A DNA stretch of 53,238 nucleotides, counting the filler, from Sphacelaria rigidula (Eukaryota), in NCBI GenBank assembly GCA_964200075.2. It is 4 parts of 4 records of this genome, joined end to end, with 100 filler letters (N's around TTAATTAATTAA, not from the genome) between each part and the next. Parts side by side here need not be neighbours in the genome. Positions count along the whole stretch, not along the records: positions 1 to 13,236 come from CAXNAA020003040.1; positions 13,337 to 26,570 come from CAXNAA020003041.1; 2 more parts are not named here. One strand, given 5' to 3'. The notes under the pieces were generated by a model. It was not told the origin of the DNA and searched no databases. It saw nothing but the letters and a program-made list of their open reading frames with translations. Position 1 is the first letter of the stretch. Each line of letters starts with the position of its first letter. The position numbers were made by a program, and so were the translations under genes. Of the stretch, positions 12,091 through 24,260 are shown in pieces.

Positions 12091-13236
12091 TGGGTTAGAC
12101 CACTTTGTATGGCAGTCGCAAAAACGGATCAGTAGGCAGATCAGGGGACCTCAGATTCGGAAATGCATTGTATGGACCCCAATTTTGCCCAAATCGGGAG
12201 AGCTCACCTTCATTCGTCACGATTTGAGAACGGGTTTACACAAATCTGAGCGCAGATCCGGGAAATCGAGGTTCCCCGAATCTGTAGCAACTGACGTACG
12301 TATGTTGACATACAGTGATGGGGCAACAGGCGTTTGATACTTTTGCAACAACAGCAGCAGACAGTCTCATGACAGCACAGGCAGTGCCTGCGAGCGCCGG
12401 CTGCTCGAGCAGTTCCGCACGGGGTTTGACAAACGGATAAGAAGTGTTGACGACATGCACTGCGGTGATGGCAAAAATTGATGCTGCACTGTGCTGCTGT
12501 ATCATCATAACGGACGGTACTGTACTATCCTACACTCTGCTGTCGCGGTACTTGCAGGGTAATGAATGACACTGCACTTGTGAACTTTTGTCGCACACTG
12601 TGCAATGTTCTCACGATACCGACTGTACCATCATGTATCACCACACGGCATTATCGTTTACTGTGATTGTGCAGTGTACTGCACTGGATCATACCGCAGG
12701 GTGCCACGGTACGACGCTGCTTTTTAAGGATGATTCCCTACCTGCCTGTCCTTCGGCTTTACTGTGGTACCACACCCGCCCAGAAAATGACCGTTCGTGA
12801 ACAGAACGATTTCAACAAATCTGTGAAGTCATACAGGGGTACACACCTGGTATGCGTGTACATATGGCTGTCCCTCGAGAGGCCGAAAGATGGAACGTTG
12901 CGATTCTTAGTTCTTTAGTTCTTTGATTGGCGGTATTTGGGGCCTTGAGTCTCGCCCATAGTCGGACCCTGTGTTCATGTCTACTTGTCGCGCGTCGAGT
13001 TGGAAAACCGAGTGCCACCCTCTGAAGTCCGCATGGCCACCTGCGGCACCGGATCTTCTGAGGTTAGCCATATGTACTCCCTTGATTCTTTATTATTTAT
13101 TTCTGTTGTGCTCGTATCGCGTTTTGTGACTTTTTTAATTTGGGTATTTTCCTTTTTTTTGCTAGCCTGTCACCACGGAAGCGTCAGCATCAGATGCCCA
13201 GTACGAATGTACCGCGCAGATATCGGAACGGTTTTG

Positions 13237-13336
13237 NNNNNNNNNNNNNNNNNNNNNNNNNNNNNNNNNNNNNNNNNNNNTTAATTAATTAANNNNNNNN
13301 NNNNNNNNNNNNNNNNNNNNNNNNNNNNNNNNNNNN
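13237..13336. other. Artificial contig linker (N44-TTAATTAATTAA-N44)
   Basis: Six-frame stop linker inside an N run; the same linker is at 26571-26670 and 39905-40004. Confidence 0.97.
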
Positions 13337-13700
13337 GCCTCCTCTTCCTTCCTGTGCCATGAGGTCATGAACCTCTCCGTTCCCTGCAGCACTCCCGCGT
13401 GCCACGGCAACCCCCCCTCCTTTGCTGCTGATGTCCAAAGGGCGCGGTCAATTCCGAATGTCTGGCGGTTGTCGTCCGTAGAGCCGTCTGTGGCTCCGAA
13501 AATCCTCTGGAGGGACAAATGGCGCTCCTTTTGGGTGAAATACCGTCTGGTGGTCCATGATGCCTCTGGAGTGGACAGTAAACGAAGCCGCAAGAGCGCA
13601 CATGATTCTCTTGAGCGCATAATTGTCCGGACGGTGCCTCTGGAAAATCTGGAGAAGCAATGCCCTCCAAGGTGAAAATTTACCTCTGGAGTTCGCACAC
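13337..13700 (-). pseudogene. Non-LTR retrotransposon (LINE, RTE-like) C-terminal remnant
   Basis: Frameshifted peptides RHRPDNYALKRIM and FGATDGS...WTSAAK...WHAGVLQGTERFMTSWHRKEEE resemble post-RT C-termini of algal LINEs (recognised from memory, not searched). Confidence 0.5.
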
Positions 13701-13766
13701 CAAACCTCTGGACGACACTTGAACCACCAGATGGTATTTCATCCTCCGATGGCCGCGTGTGTAATA

Positions 13767-14621
13767 GAGGCTGTTGTAGCTCAATCTACAGTGGTTTTCG
13801 TGGCTGTACAAAACATCGCATGTGTTATCGGATGTCGTTCGGAAATACGAGAATTCGGACGGAGGCCGACGGCGGAACCGCCAGCGTAGGACATGTGGTA
13901 TTCCCGAGGTGCCAGAGTGCGAAGTAGCTATCGTGTCGCAAAGACATGACAGCGGGAGACACTTCCCGAAAAATCGGAATGCGTGGAAGATTCTTGACAT
14001 GTTCCTTGCACATCACTGTGGCTTCCACATCACCGGGCATTTTTGTTTTAACAGGGTGATTGTTTTTGCAGCAAGACATTCCTGTGCTGCCGTCCTGTGT
14101 GCCTTGGTCAACTCGCCAACGGCCCATTGCACGGTCTTGTGTTTGCTACTGACTAAGGTCAAGGCGATGTTCAATTGTGTTCAACTGCTTTGCTCTCATG
14201 TTCTCGCGATATTGGCAGCATAACCGGTGTGTTCGTGCTCCCAAGTGAACGAGAACACGACAAAGGGGAACACGGGGGTAAAAAATACCCCGCCAACAGT
14301 AATTCTGTTTGAAGATTTCCATGATCTTCAACAGGCTTTTTTGTGGCTCGGGTTCTTGTCTCAAATTTTCCATGATCTTGAAAAGGCTTTTGTGGTTCGG
14401 GATTGACACCCCGCGAAAAAGGGCCAGTTGGAGTGACTTTCGGTGGCCAGAACACGCGTCACAGGTATCAGATGACACCCAAACGTGAACGGTAATGTAC
14501 CGCTGAGCCTTCTCAGTGCGGGAAAAAATGCCAAACCTGAGAAAGCGCGGGAAAAAATGCCTTGCCGCCTGAGAAAAACTCGGCAAAAATGGTGAAAAAT
14601 GTAAAATGATACATGTACATC
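13767..14621. repeat. Second copy of the 8392-9240 repeat
   Basis: Reverse-complement similarity over ~850 bp. Confidence 0.8.
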
Positions 14622-14664
14622 GTACATAGTATATATATATAGAATATTTCGAACTCACGAGCGT

Positions 14665-14890
14665 GAAGCATACTTTGTAACGAGGCGTCCACGAGATTCA
14701 GGCTGATTTAGCCTGCAAGTTCCTCCGCACCCGCCCCGTGAGATGATCGTTCGGGCCAATGCTAATGCTAGGGGTCCATTGCCTGCATTCGTGCTAGAAT
14801 ATGTCCAGGGGTACACCTGCGTTCGCGACCGTTTGAACGGACGCGAGATCGCGGTGGTCCTGCAATGTTTCCGAAGCAGATGATTACTTC
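14665..14890. repeat. Diverged direct repeat, second copy ~17828-18045
   Basis: GCATACTTTGTA..GAGGCGTCCACGA...TGCAAGTTCCTCC...GGTCCTGCAATGTTTC present in both. Confidence 0.75.
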
Positions 14891-15906
14891 GTTCAAGCAA
14901 TCTATCCTGGAGTACAGACAGTACAAAACAACATCAAGAACAGAGAGTTCACGGCGCTGATTGTCGGTGGGTGGGTGCACCGACAGCTTCTCGTACACAA
15001 GGAGGAACGTGAAACGAAGTCTAGTGTAATACGGCGCTGAATGCTGACGTTGTGTTGTCTCAGTCTGGAGTTGAAAGCTTCCGACGCAGATGATTGCCGG
15101 TGCAAGTGATGCGTAGAAATAGTACAGTACCGACAAAACCGCAGGCAGCGAGAGGAGGTCATGGATTGAATCGGCATCAATTTCACATCAAAACTGTATG
15201 CATGACCGAGATGGACTACCCCCCCGGTGTGATGGTCAAGTACAGACATGAACAACAGTAGTATAAATTCAGTCAAGACGACTACAAGTATAGAGACTAC
15301 TGTTGTGATCTTCAAATGGGACGAGCGCATCCCACCATATACAACTCGGCATGTGGCCCCGTCTTCTCTGACTTTGGACGTTGGAGGCTTTACCACCTCG
15401 GTATATTACGGGGTATATGCCTCTCGGACAGTCGTCCTGTACCGCGAGGTTTTCCTCGGAGGCCGTCCATGTAAAACAAAGGTTCTACTTGCCTGCCGAG
15501 GCGAAGTCGCTTTTTTTACAGTACAGTACAAAACAAAGTTGAACCGTCGTGTGTACCCAAAGTAGAAAACGGGACCCAGACTCTGGTTTTGCCCTAAATC
15601 GTAGACGGAACAAGCTAAAAATGCGACCGAAGTCTCACGATTTGTCCACTGAGCCAGCACATAGTCGCGATCATGCACTAAGCTTGTCTGCGAGAACTTT
15701 TATTCATCTTTGTATCCTGCACGAGGACGGTTGCTGCCCGGGCACCCAATTCTCCGGTATTTCTCATATTCACTTTTACCTATCGTTCATACCCGTCCAC
15801 GTGGTTTTTACTGGAATGAGTGTATAATGCCCGCACCCGCCCGCACCCGAGCTTTTCATACTGTACATATATTGGAATTGTAATAATATATCTAAAGTTT
15901 AGCATT

Positions 15907-17506
15907 TATCACACCCTGGACAATACAATATGTAATATATATATATATATATATATATTGCCCGCTCGATAAGTCGACGCGTCGGGTGGTCAAAATATAT
16001 TGGGCGAGCAAGATGATGGCACGAGAGACAGGTCAATATATATTGTGCCATCAATATGTCAACGCTCGCGACATGCAATATATATCGACCGAACAATATA
16101 TCACGACACGCGCCACCTCAGTATATATTGGCCGAGTAATATGCTCATGCGGTAACGCACCAATTTAAATTTGTCGAGTTATTTGTTGGCTGCCGCACGA
16201 GGTCAATATATATATATATATATATTGACAATTCAATATACTCGACACCCGAAGCGGCAATATATATTGGGCGGACAATACACGAGGGAACGGATGGTCA
16301 CGATACATATTGGTGTAGCTATACATTTTGATTTTCAACATGTAGGTTTGACGTTGTATTGGAATTGGTATGGTGCGCAGTTTTATGTTCGTGGGCGCCA
16401 TTGAAAGACGTATCACCACATGCCAAAGACGCTCAATATATTACTCCGCGAGCGTGTTCAATATATATTGGCTGCAAAATAGCTATGCGATGAGCGTGCG
16501 CAATATATGTTGAAAAACAATACTTTTGCATGGTCTGCGCTCAATATATAATATGGTGACAATATGTTTCGCATTGCTTCGACTCAATATCTATTGACAC
16601 TCCAATACACACACGGCCGGCATGCACAATATATATTTAACGTTTTGTTCCCGAAGCAAATGCATGTCCAATACATATTGGCATACATTTCTTCACGATT
16701 ATGACACGAGGAATATATATATTGAGAAGACAATATTTGCGCTGTTTCCAATACAAAGTATTGGTATTATATTGGAACATATTGTATTGTCCAGGGTATA
16801 AGCAACACAGCACCGGTGACTACAGGGGTACCAAAAGGCGCAATTCGACCCGTGTTTTCTGTCGTCGTGATGTTTAGCCAAGATGTATTACATGCTGTAA
16901 AGGGGATGGGCGGCCCCGCACCGATGGCCAGATAGGTATCGGTATCAGGAGGCATATACTGTATACCGGGTCGCCTCTTCTGTCACCATATTTTCTGACA
17001 AATATTTATGTATACAATATATCAAACGCATGCGACAACACTCCGTAGCAATGCGCGCGAACTTCTGAGTCCCTTTGAAGCTTTTTCCAACCTGCACGGG
17101 CTCCGGCATCCATCGCGTCTGGATATTTCTCAAAGCGTACACCATAGTTGTAATATCGAATATATAGTGACCGGCCGATACATTGGCACCCACGCGGACC
17201 CAATATATATATTGACCGGTCAATATGTTTCTGCCAATGCGACCCTAATATGTATTGGTCGTGCAATATACCGTCGCCCACACTGCTTCAATATACTCCG
17301 GAGTATATATTGATTGGACAATATGTGTACAACCCCACGGTACCAATATGTATGCAGCCCGACGACATCAATATATACTGGGCGCGAAATACGTGTCCAG
17401 TCCAAGGGTACCAATAAATATTACGCCGGTAATGTATCGCAAAATTTCAATATGATCAACCAATATATATATATTGAAAACATATTATATTGTCCAAGGT
17501 GTGATA
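15907..17506. repeat. TIR-bounded periodic array of palindromic CAATATATATTG cores with unique spacers
   Basis: Left end TATCACACCCTGGACAATACAATATGT is the inverse of 16777-16801 and of 17480-17506. About 20 cores, mostly at 42/43-bp spacing. Confidence 0.85.
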
Positions 17507-18214
17507 TATTTATATATATATATAGTATTTGGGTCTCAAGAGCGCTATAGACCCTCCTGGACTCAGAACAAGGTCTAAGGACTGCTCCAAGGGCTTCCTT
17601 CCTCACTAGGGCTTGAAGGCTTCAAGACAGATGTTGTTCACAAGTGTACAGTCCTCGTTAACCGGAAGTAAACACATGCGCAAAGCATGTGATTTTCAAA
17701 CCCACATAGTCTGCCGATCAGACCCGCAAGTCCGTCAACCAATAGAAAACGCCCACAGCAGATTGTTCCACTTGTATATTATCATGAACCTGCACATACG
17801 TGTACTGGAGGTGGACTACTTGCGCGCAGCATACTTTGTAGGGAGGCGTCCACGACATTTATGCTGATCCTTGTGTGCAAGTTCCTCCCCGCTCGGCTGG
17901 GGGGATGACTGTTCGGGCGAATGCCACTGCTAGGTTTTCAGTCCTCGTTTTTCGTTCTACATTTAGTGTGAGCGGAACGTTCATACGCTCGCGTTCGCGA
18001 CCCTTCGAACAAGCGTGGTCGCGGTGGTTGGTCCTGCAATGTTTCGGCGGGCGTTCATGACCGCCCGGGAGTCCAGAAGGAACGCGCAGTCGTCGCGATG
18101 TCGTTGAACAAAGGCTCGCTCAACCGCACCGGCGTGCGGTCGGCATGGGAACCGGTTCTGCGCGCGTTCACGTGTGCACATCGCAGTCTCAAACTCGAGG
18201 ATTCCGGTATATCC

Positions 18215-18603
18215 GACTGCAGCTGGATTAGTAGTTCATGTCGTACGCTGCAAGACCGTTCCCCATAGACTTTACCGCATACCACGGTTGAACTTATCTA
18301 TGCCGTCCTGTGCCCCACTATGTGCAACAACAATACAGTGTATCGAGCTCCTTAATCTAATCCCCATACCATCTTCAGATAGTTCCGGGCGCAATCGACT
18401 GCAGTTGTATTAGCAGTTCATGTCGCATGCTGCAAGACCGTTCCCCGTAGACTTTCATACCACGGTTGAACTATCCTCCGCCACCCTGTTCCCCACTATG
18501 TGCAACCGTATAGATGTCGCACGCTGCAAGACCATTCCCCGTAGACTTTCATACCACGGTTGAACTAGTCTCCGCCACCCTGTTCCCCACTATGTGCAAC
18601 CGT
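18215..18603 (+). repeat. Local triplication of a ~90-bp unit
   Basis: ATGTCG..(C/T)GCTGCAAGACC.TTCCCC.TAGACTTT..CATACCACGGTTGAACT at ~18238, ~18420 and ~18514. Confidence 0.85.
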
Positions 18604-20880
18604 ACAGTTACGGTTCAATATACAGCAACGTCGAATTTGAGATATCGTACCTTTTATCACGTACACAAAGCACCGCACCACTGTACTGCCACCACTGTAC
18701 TGTTCTTTCTGTACAACTGTATCAAGCTGTATAACAATCTGATACCTACACCAGTTTCAGATTGTTCCGGGCGCAGTCGATGGCGGCATATTTTACAGCG
18801 CAGAACGCGGTAGCATGCGGATCGCATGCCGATGCGGTGGGTCGAGGTTCTCTGCAAATTATCACGGCTCAGCGAAGAATTATCCAACAATGTTGCACAC
18901 GGACACGCCATCAAGTACACCCGTCTGTTCGCCTTCGCTCACCGTCTGTTCATCAAAAGTCTGGGGGCCAAATGGAGATATCTTCCGCGATATCGTGTAC
19001 TCGTACTGAGCCTCGCGCGCTGAAGTTGCAAAACATGGCGAGGGGCGCATGTTTTTCAAGGAGACCCTTTGTAGCACAGCACGAGCAAATCACGAGCACT
19101 CGTGCAGTGAGACACGAAGGCCGAAAAATGCAGAGATGAATACTGATGGCTACACGCAAACGGAGATCAAGGATGATGACAGCAACTTCTGGGTTCCCCA
19201 TGTGTTTGACAGTGAATTATGTCGATTCTCATGGCAATTTGCTTCTGTCACGGGACAGTACAGAAACACAAGCAGAAAATGTAATGCGTACGTGCTGCTC
19301 TGGACTGCTGCTGTGCCAACGCGAATGGGGACAACCAATGGATGGGCACTTGGTATCATCTGCTTCAGAGTAGTGGTGAGCCGTCTGCCTGTGCAGTAGT
19401 CGACAATCAGTAAACTCGGTAATAGATGCTTCAAAGGGTATGGCATCCTTGAGTAGGCATGTCATATACCATTTGAAAAGCTCGTCTGTGCGAACCACGC
19501 TACAGTGATGCAGTGGGTACAGACGCCGCCAAACCGGCTCTATTCATACGGCATGAACGGGGCCACAACTGAACCCGTGAGAGTCTGTCTAATTACGTGC
19601 ACCCCAGGAAGCAAATCAAAGTTGCCACGTGCACAACAGCCTGGTGCAGCACACCACAAGCACGTGTGTCACGACATCGCACAACAAGCAGTACATGATA
19701 CAGTACAGTGCTCCAAGGTGATGTTGAGTCACAGTTACAGAATGGTGACTGCATGCAAAGCCCATTGTTAGGAGGCCGTCTGTTCAAAACACACGTGTAG
19801 GGCAGCTGCAGATGTGAGGCCGTGTCTTTAACAGCTAAGTGATAAATAGGGAAGACAGCATGGCACTGAATAAGATGTTCCATGTTTGCGCAGCGGCACG
19901 AAGATACCCCCGTTCGATAATCGCAAAATTGTCATCTGCATAAGAACCGGTGAGCTGTGGCAAAATGCACTACACCACAAACAAGTATATCACAACACCG
20001 CACAAGCGGCGCGTAGTGCAGTACAGCCCTCGAAGGTAACGTTGTGCGACCTTATTCGGGTGTGGGTACTTCTGCTAAAACCTCGATGAGCTGCAGCACA
20101 CTCGTTGCGGCGTACTACAGAGCAGGAGTACAGTACGGCGATGCATTTTCATTATGTCACAGACGCTGGCTCATGTGTCAACCCAGCAGACACACAGTCT
20201 CTGTCGTGTTGCATCCGCGGCTGACTTCCCATGAGTCTACACCCCGCAGTCTCGATGAAAAAATTGCTCCAGTGAGCTAAACTGTTTTCGACATCAACAT
20301 TTGCTCGATGCTCATACCCGCAGAGCAGCAGAGCTCACGTATGGGGAACATGCTCATTATTATTATCTCTGATTCGATTACTGAAGCACCATTATAACTC
20401 TTGATTATGATGCCTACTATCGTCTCCATTATTAAATCATCATTCGCTCCATCATATTGATTGTCATGATTGAGATTAGGTCGGTTATACCTATGACTTT
20501 GAATACCATCACTTCTGCTCATCATTCATATCCGCAGTCCTGGAAGAGTTTTCGTGTGTTTTGTGCTATATGCAAGATGAAAATTGCGAGCGAGGCTTGG
20601 CAACGCAAGACTACCGAGACCCTCAAAGAAGACGGACGGGACCGGGGCGAAACCTCGGTCCCGTACGGCTTGTATATACACACATATATATATATATATA
20701 TATATTTCCTGCACGTACGTCCTGCATCGTCAGAATTCGTACACGCCTCCGCAAACACCGCTTTCATATTGAACGCTACATTTTTTCAATGTTCAGTCGG
20801 CATCATTAAAAAATTGAATCGGCATCGTTCTTCAGATCGTTTTTCTTTGAATTCTGAACAGATTTGTGCGAGTTCGTAAC

Positions 20881-20977
20881 TCTTTGACCGCGAGCCTGGG
20901 TCATCTGTGGAATCAGCATCAGCTTTACGTGAAAAATCACTGCATGGCCAGATGACCTACCCTCGCGGTCTAGAGGA
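20881..20977. mobile_element. piggyBac-like MITE, degenerate copy
   Basis: TTTGACCGCGAG...CTACCCTCGCGGTCTAGAGG inverted ends, matching the 51494 family. Confidence 0.6.
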
Positions 20978-22119
20978 TAAACACCATGCTCAGCTGATGA
21001 GCAGCGATGGCGTTTTTTTTTAAGTATCACCTATGCCACTACGCAACGCGCGCAACTATCACGGGTTCGCGCGCGTCTCACAAACATCATCGTTTCTCCT
21101 CGAATTCTGAACAAATTTATTCAAGGTCACGCGCAGCTCAGGTGATGAGCAACTACGGCTCGAGCTGTGTGTTTTTGTTTCTCCGGGGGCAATGGCTTCC
21201 CGAGGTTCACCTCTGATGGTTTTGGGTTGTTTATCAAGTGTCTTTGCATGTGTCCCTGTGGACGGGACACCTATGTTGCTCTTCGGACTACAAACGAGGC
21301 AAAAAATATTCGTGTTTGGAATCGGCATCATTTTTCAAAATGAAATCGTCACACACAACATGCTCAGCTACTGAGCAGCTACGGCTTCTTCTCCAAATGG
21401 TGGCCTTTGCCATTACGCAACGCACACAGCTATCGCCGGTGCTCATGTATCTTGGGTGTCGATCCACTGATCGCGGTGGCGAAGCGCCGAAACTCTTGTA
21501 TCCATCGAGGCAGAATGTATTGCTTATTGTGTGTGTTTGACACTGCGTGCCAACCGCAGCAGTGACGCCTCGAGCGTTACTACCTGCTCACTGCACAACG
21601 GCAGGGTGCAGAGTGACACAGCACACCGCAGCACGTTACACCCTTGGCCTTAATTCCCTGCTGTCTTCTGCGGTTCGCCACAACATGAACGGTCGTGCTG
21701 CGGGCCATGTACACGTGGGATACCACCCCTCGCTACGTCACACTTTATAGAGCTGTCCGTGTCGCAGCTAAGCGTGCGTTTACCCTAGGTGGCGCACGCA
21801 GGAATGAAAGGATCCCTCAGCTGCCTTAGGGGCTGCCTGCATCTTGGGCGAAGCTGTATGGTAACACAGTCGCTATGGCGCGAAAGCCGCCTGGGACATT
21901 TCACACCGATGAGATTTCTACGCACTACCTGCGTGCAGTACCGACTACTACGAGTATTGCGCAAATTGCAGCTGACAAAAGAGTACACACTGTGCACAGT
22001 ACACGTTTTGATATTGTATACTGATCTTGGAATCTTGAGGTCGGGGTGTGGCACGTTTCCACATGTAATGTTCCGCGGTGAGATCGTGACAAAATCTGCA
22101 ACGTGTGGGCGAAGGAACA

Positions 22120-22365
22120 ACACTGTGGAGAGCCGACTAGGTCGTGGGTACACAAATTCGACTTCACAGTCGACGACGGAAAGAGACCGTTGGACCCTTC
22201 TCGCGATCAAAAAGAAAGGCAAGCACGGCAGAAGGAACGTCGAGCACTAAAGAAATAAAAAATATATATTCCTATGTTGACCTTTCTCCTGTGTGACCCC
22301 GGCCGATGCGCCCACATATACCAAAATGGGTAGACTGGCGTCCAGAACAGATTGGATGTCAACAG
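22120..22365 (+). mobile_element. SINE 3' fragment
   Basis: GTCGTGGGTACACAAATTCGAC...CCTGTGTGACCCCGGCCGATGCGCCCACATATACC matches 51940-52145. Confidence 0.75.
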
Positions 22366-23073
22366 AGTAAATGGGAGGACCCTGCACGCGCAACGCCTGG
22401 GCTTACTTTATAGTTACCCGGCGTTCATCCGGTTCTCGTTGATGAATGTCTGAAAATCGGTATTTGGCTCCTGTTCTTGAGTTTCACGTGCCTGTTCGGC
22501 CTGGGTTGTTCGAAATGTCCAGGTTAGCTTTAGGGTTTTTTAACGACAGTGCTTCATTAAACAACTGAACCGTGGCCCATATTTTGCGACCATTGACGAG
22601 GGGATCTCGGGAGGGCTGCGCCCTGCGTCCTTTTCATGATTGCATGGGTCCTACATAATGGTCCAGAGAAGTATCCCACCAGTGCCACCCATCGCGTAAG
22701 TTGTAAGAGCATTGGTGAGAGCTGCCCATTTCTTGATCGGACGCAGGCCTCTCATCTCCTGCTAGGATCTCTCCGGCAAATATGCGACTGTGCATAGAAA
22801 ACTGGAATCTCCCACCACCACCAACTCCGCATTCAACGAAACAAACGCGCAAGAAAACACGCTTTGATGATGGGCCTCGTGACGCCACAAGGTTTTAACA
22901 TCCATCCGCCGTGTGTTGCCTCCGCGCTGTCTCCCTTTAAACACCTCTCTGACTCTCCGTTATGGTCCAGGACTGTAAGCGGTTTACCTTCTACTGAACT
23001 GCTGGGCATCTCTCCAAAAGACGCTAGTGCTACTCTGGACGTTGTTGTATGCACTTCATGCCCAGAGATACCC

Positions 23074-23189
23074 ATGTCTGTTCCTGAGGTAGCAGCCTTG
23101 CACGATGCCGCTGGCCGGGGAGACGTTTCTGCAGTGCAGGGTCTGTTGAAAGATGGGGTCGATGCCAATAGCAGGGCTCACACGTTCAG
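23074..23189 (+). CDS. Ankyrin-repeat protein, exon 1
   Basis: ATG at 23074; MSVPEVAALHDAAGRGDVSAVQGLLKDGVDAN is an ankyrin repeat; AG|GTAACC donor (phase 2). Confidence 0.85.
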
Positions 23190-24260
23190 GTAACCCGACC
23201 TAAATACAAACCATGTAGCTGTCAAGATGCATTTCATCAGCCGCAGACATCACTTGAAACTGGATAAGTAGCGAAGGTGCAGTCAGCGCGAATCTTCCTG
23301 TGTTACCTGATGCGACCACGCGGCGGTGTCGCACTAACGTCCCCACCCAGTGAGGAGGCCCTGCCGGAGGCGAGAAAAACACGCCGTTTGACTTTACGTA
23401 TATTCCAACATCGTGTTGAATCTGTCGGTAGCCAACGGCGCTTCGAGTACGCTCGCAAAAACCGTAGAAATTGTGTAGGGGAAACTCGCAACTGATATCA
23501 AAGTTCTTCATGTCATATAGGAAAACCAGCTGGCTGAAGAAGACGTAGCATAAAGTTCCGGGCGTGCCCAGCCCAACAATTACCTGGAAACGTGCCAGAA
23601 ATAAGATCGAGAGCGCGGCATGACTGGTAACTTTTGTCGGTCGGCTGATTAGCCAGAGGGACCAAACGTCCATCTCCAGCAATGACTCTGTCGTCTCTCG
23701 GTGGTATGCGTTATTTCAGTCTCGTATTCATGAACAACCACTGGACACTCAACACCCTACAAACGCAACTAGAGGCGCAACAGAACGCATTTTCTGCTCG
23801 AGAGTCAGGTCCGTTCAACTGTTTGTGTTCAATATCAAATTCACCCGAGTTGAGCTTACCACGATCCGCTACTAGTACAACGCAGTGCACTCCTACCTGC
23901 TGACGAAATACTTTAACCCCAACCCAACAATTTGGGCACTGTTACCTTTATCTGCCGTGACGTTCCCTGCTTTGCGCCCTGTGATCAGATGTATAACACA
24001 ACTAAGCGTATTGGGCGTACGGTATATATAGCGATTAGGACATCCGTTTTGCATACTAGAGATGCATTGGAGAGTGGCGCATGAGCTAGAATTTTTTGAA
24101 TTTATGCTGGACAGTTATCCAGTTATACCAGTTCGCAAGTTTGAGATGGTGAGAATTATCAATTCCGAGCAGGAAGATGTGCGATGCCGTGATCGACCCT
24201 GCGCTCAAGAATACCTTCCCTCGTTTTGACTCGATGGTTTCGTTTGGCTTGAATACATAG

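Noticed and set aside
8392-14621. 6-kb element with 850-bp TIRs
   Set aside because: The two copies lie on different contigs across an artificial linker
15907-17506. Bona fide CRISPR array
   Set aside because: The repeat is only ~12 bp and degenerate, the context is eukaryotic, the array is bounded by TIRs, and no cas genes are visible. Reported as CRISPR-like architecture only.
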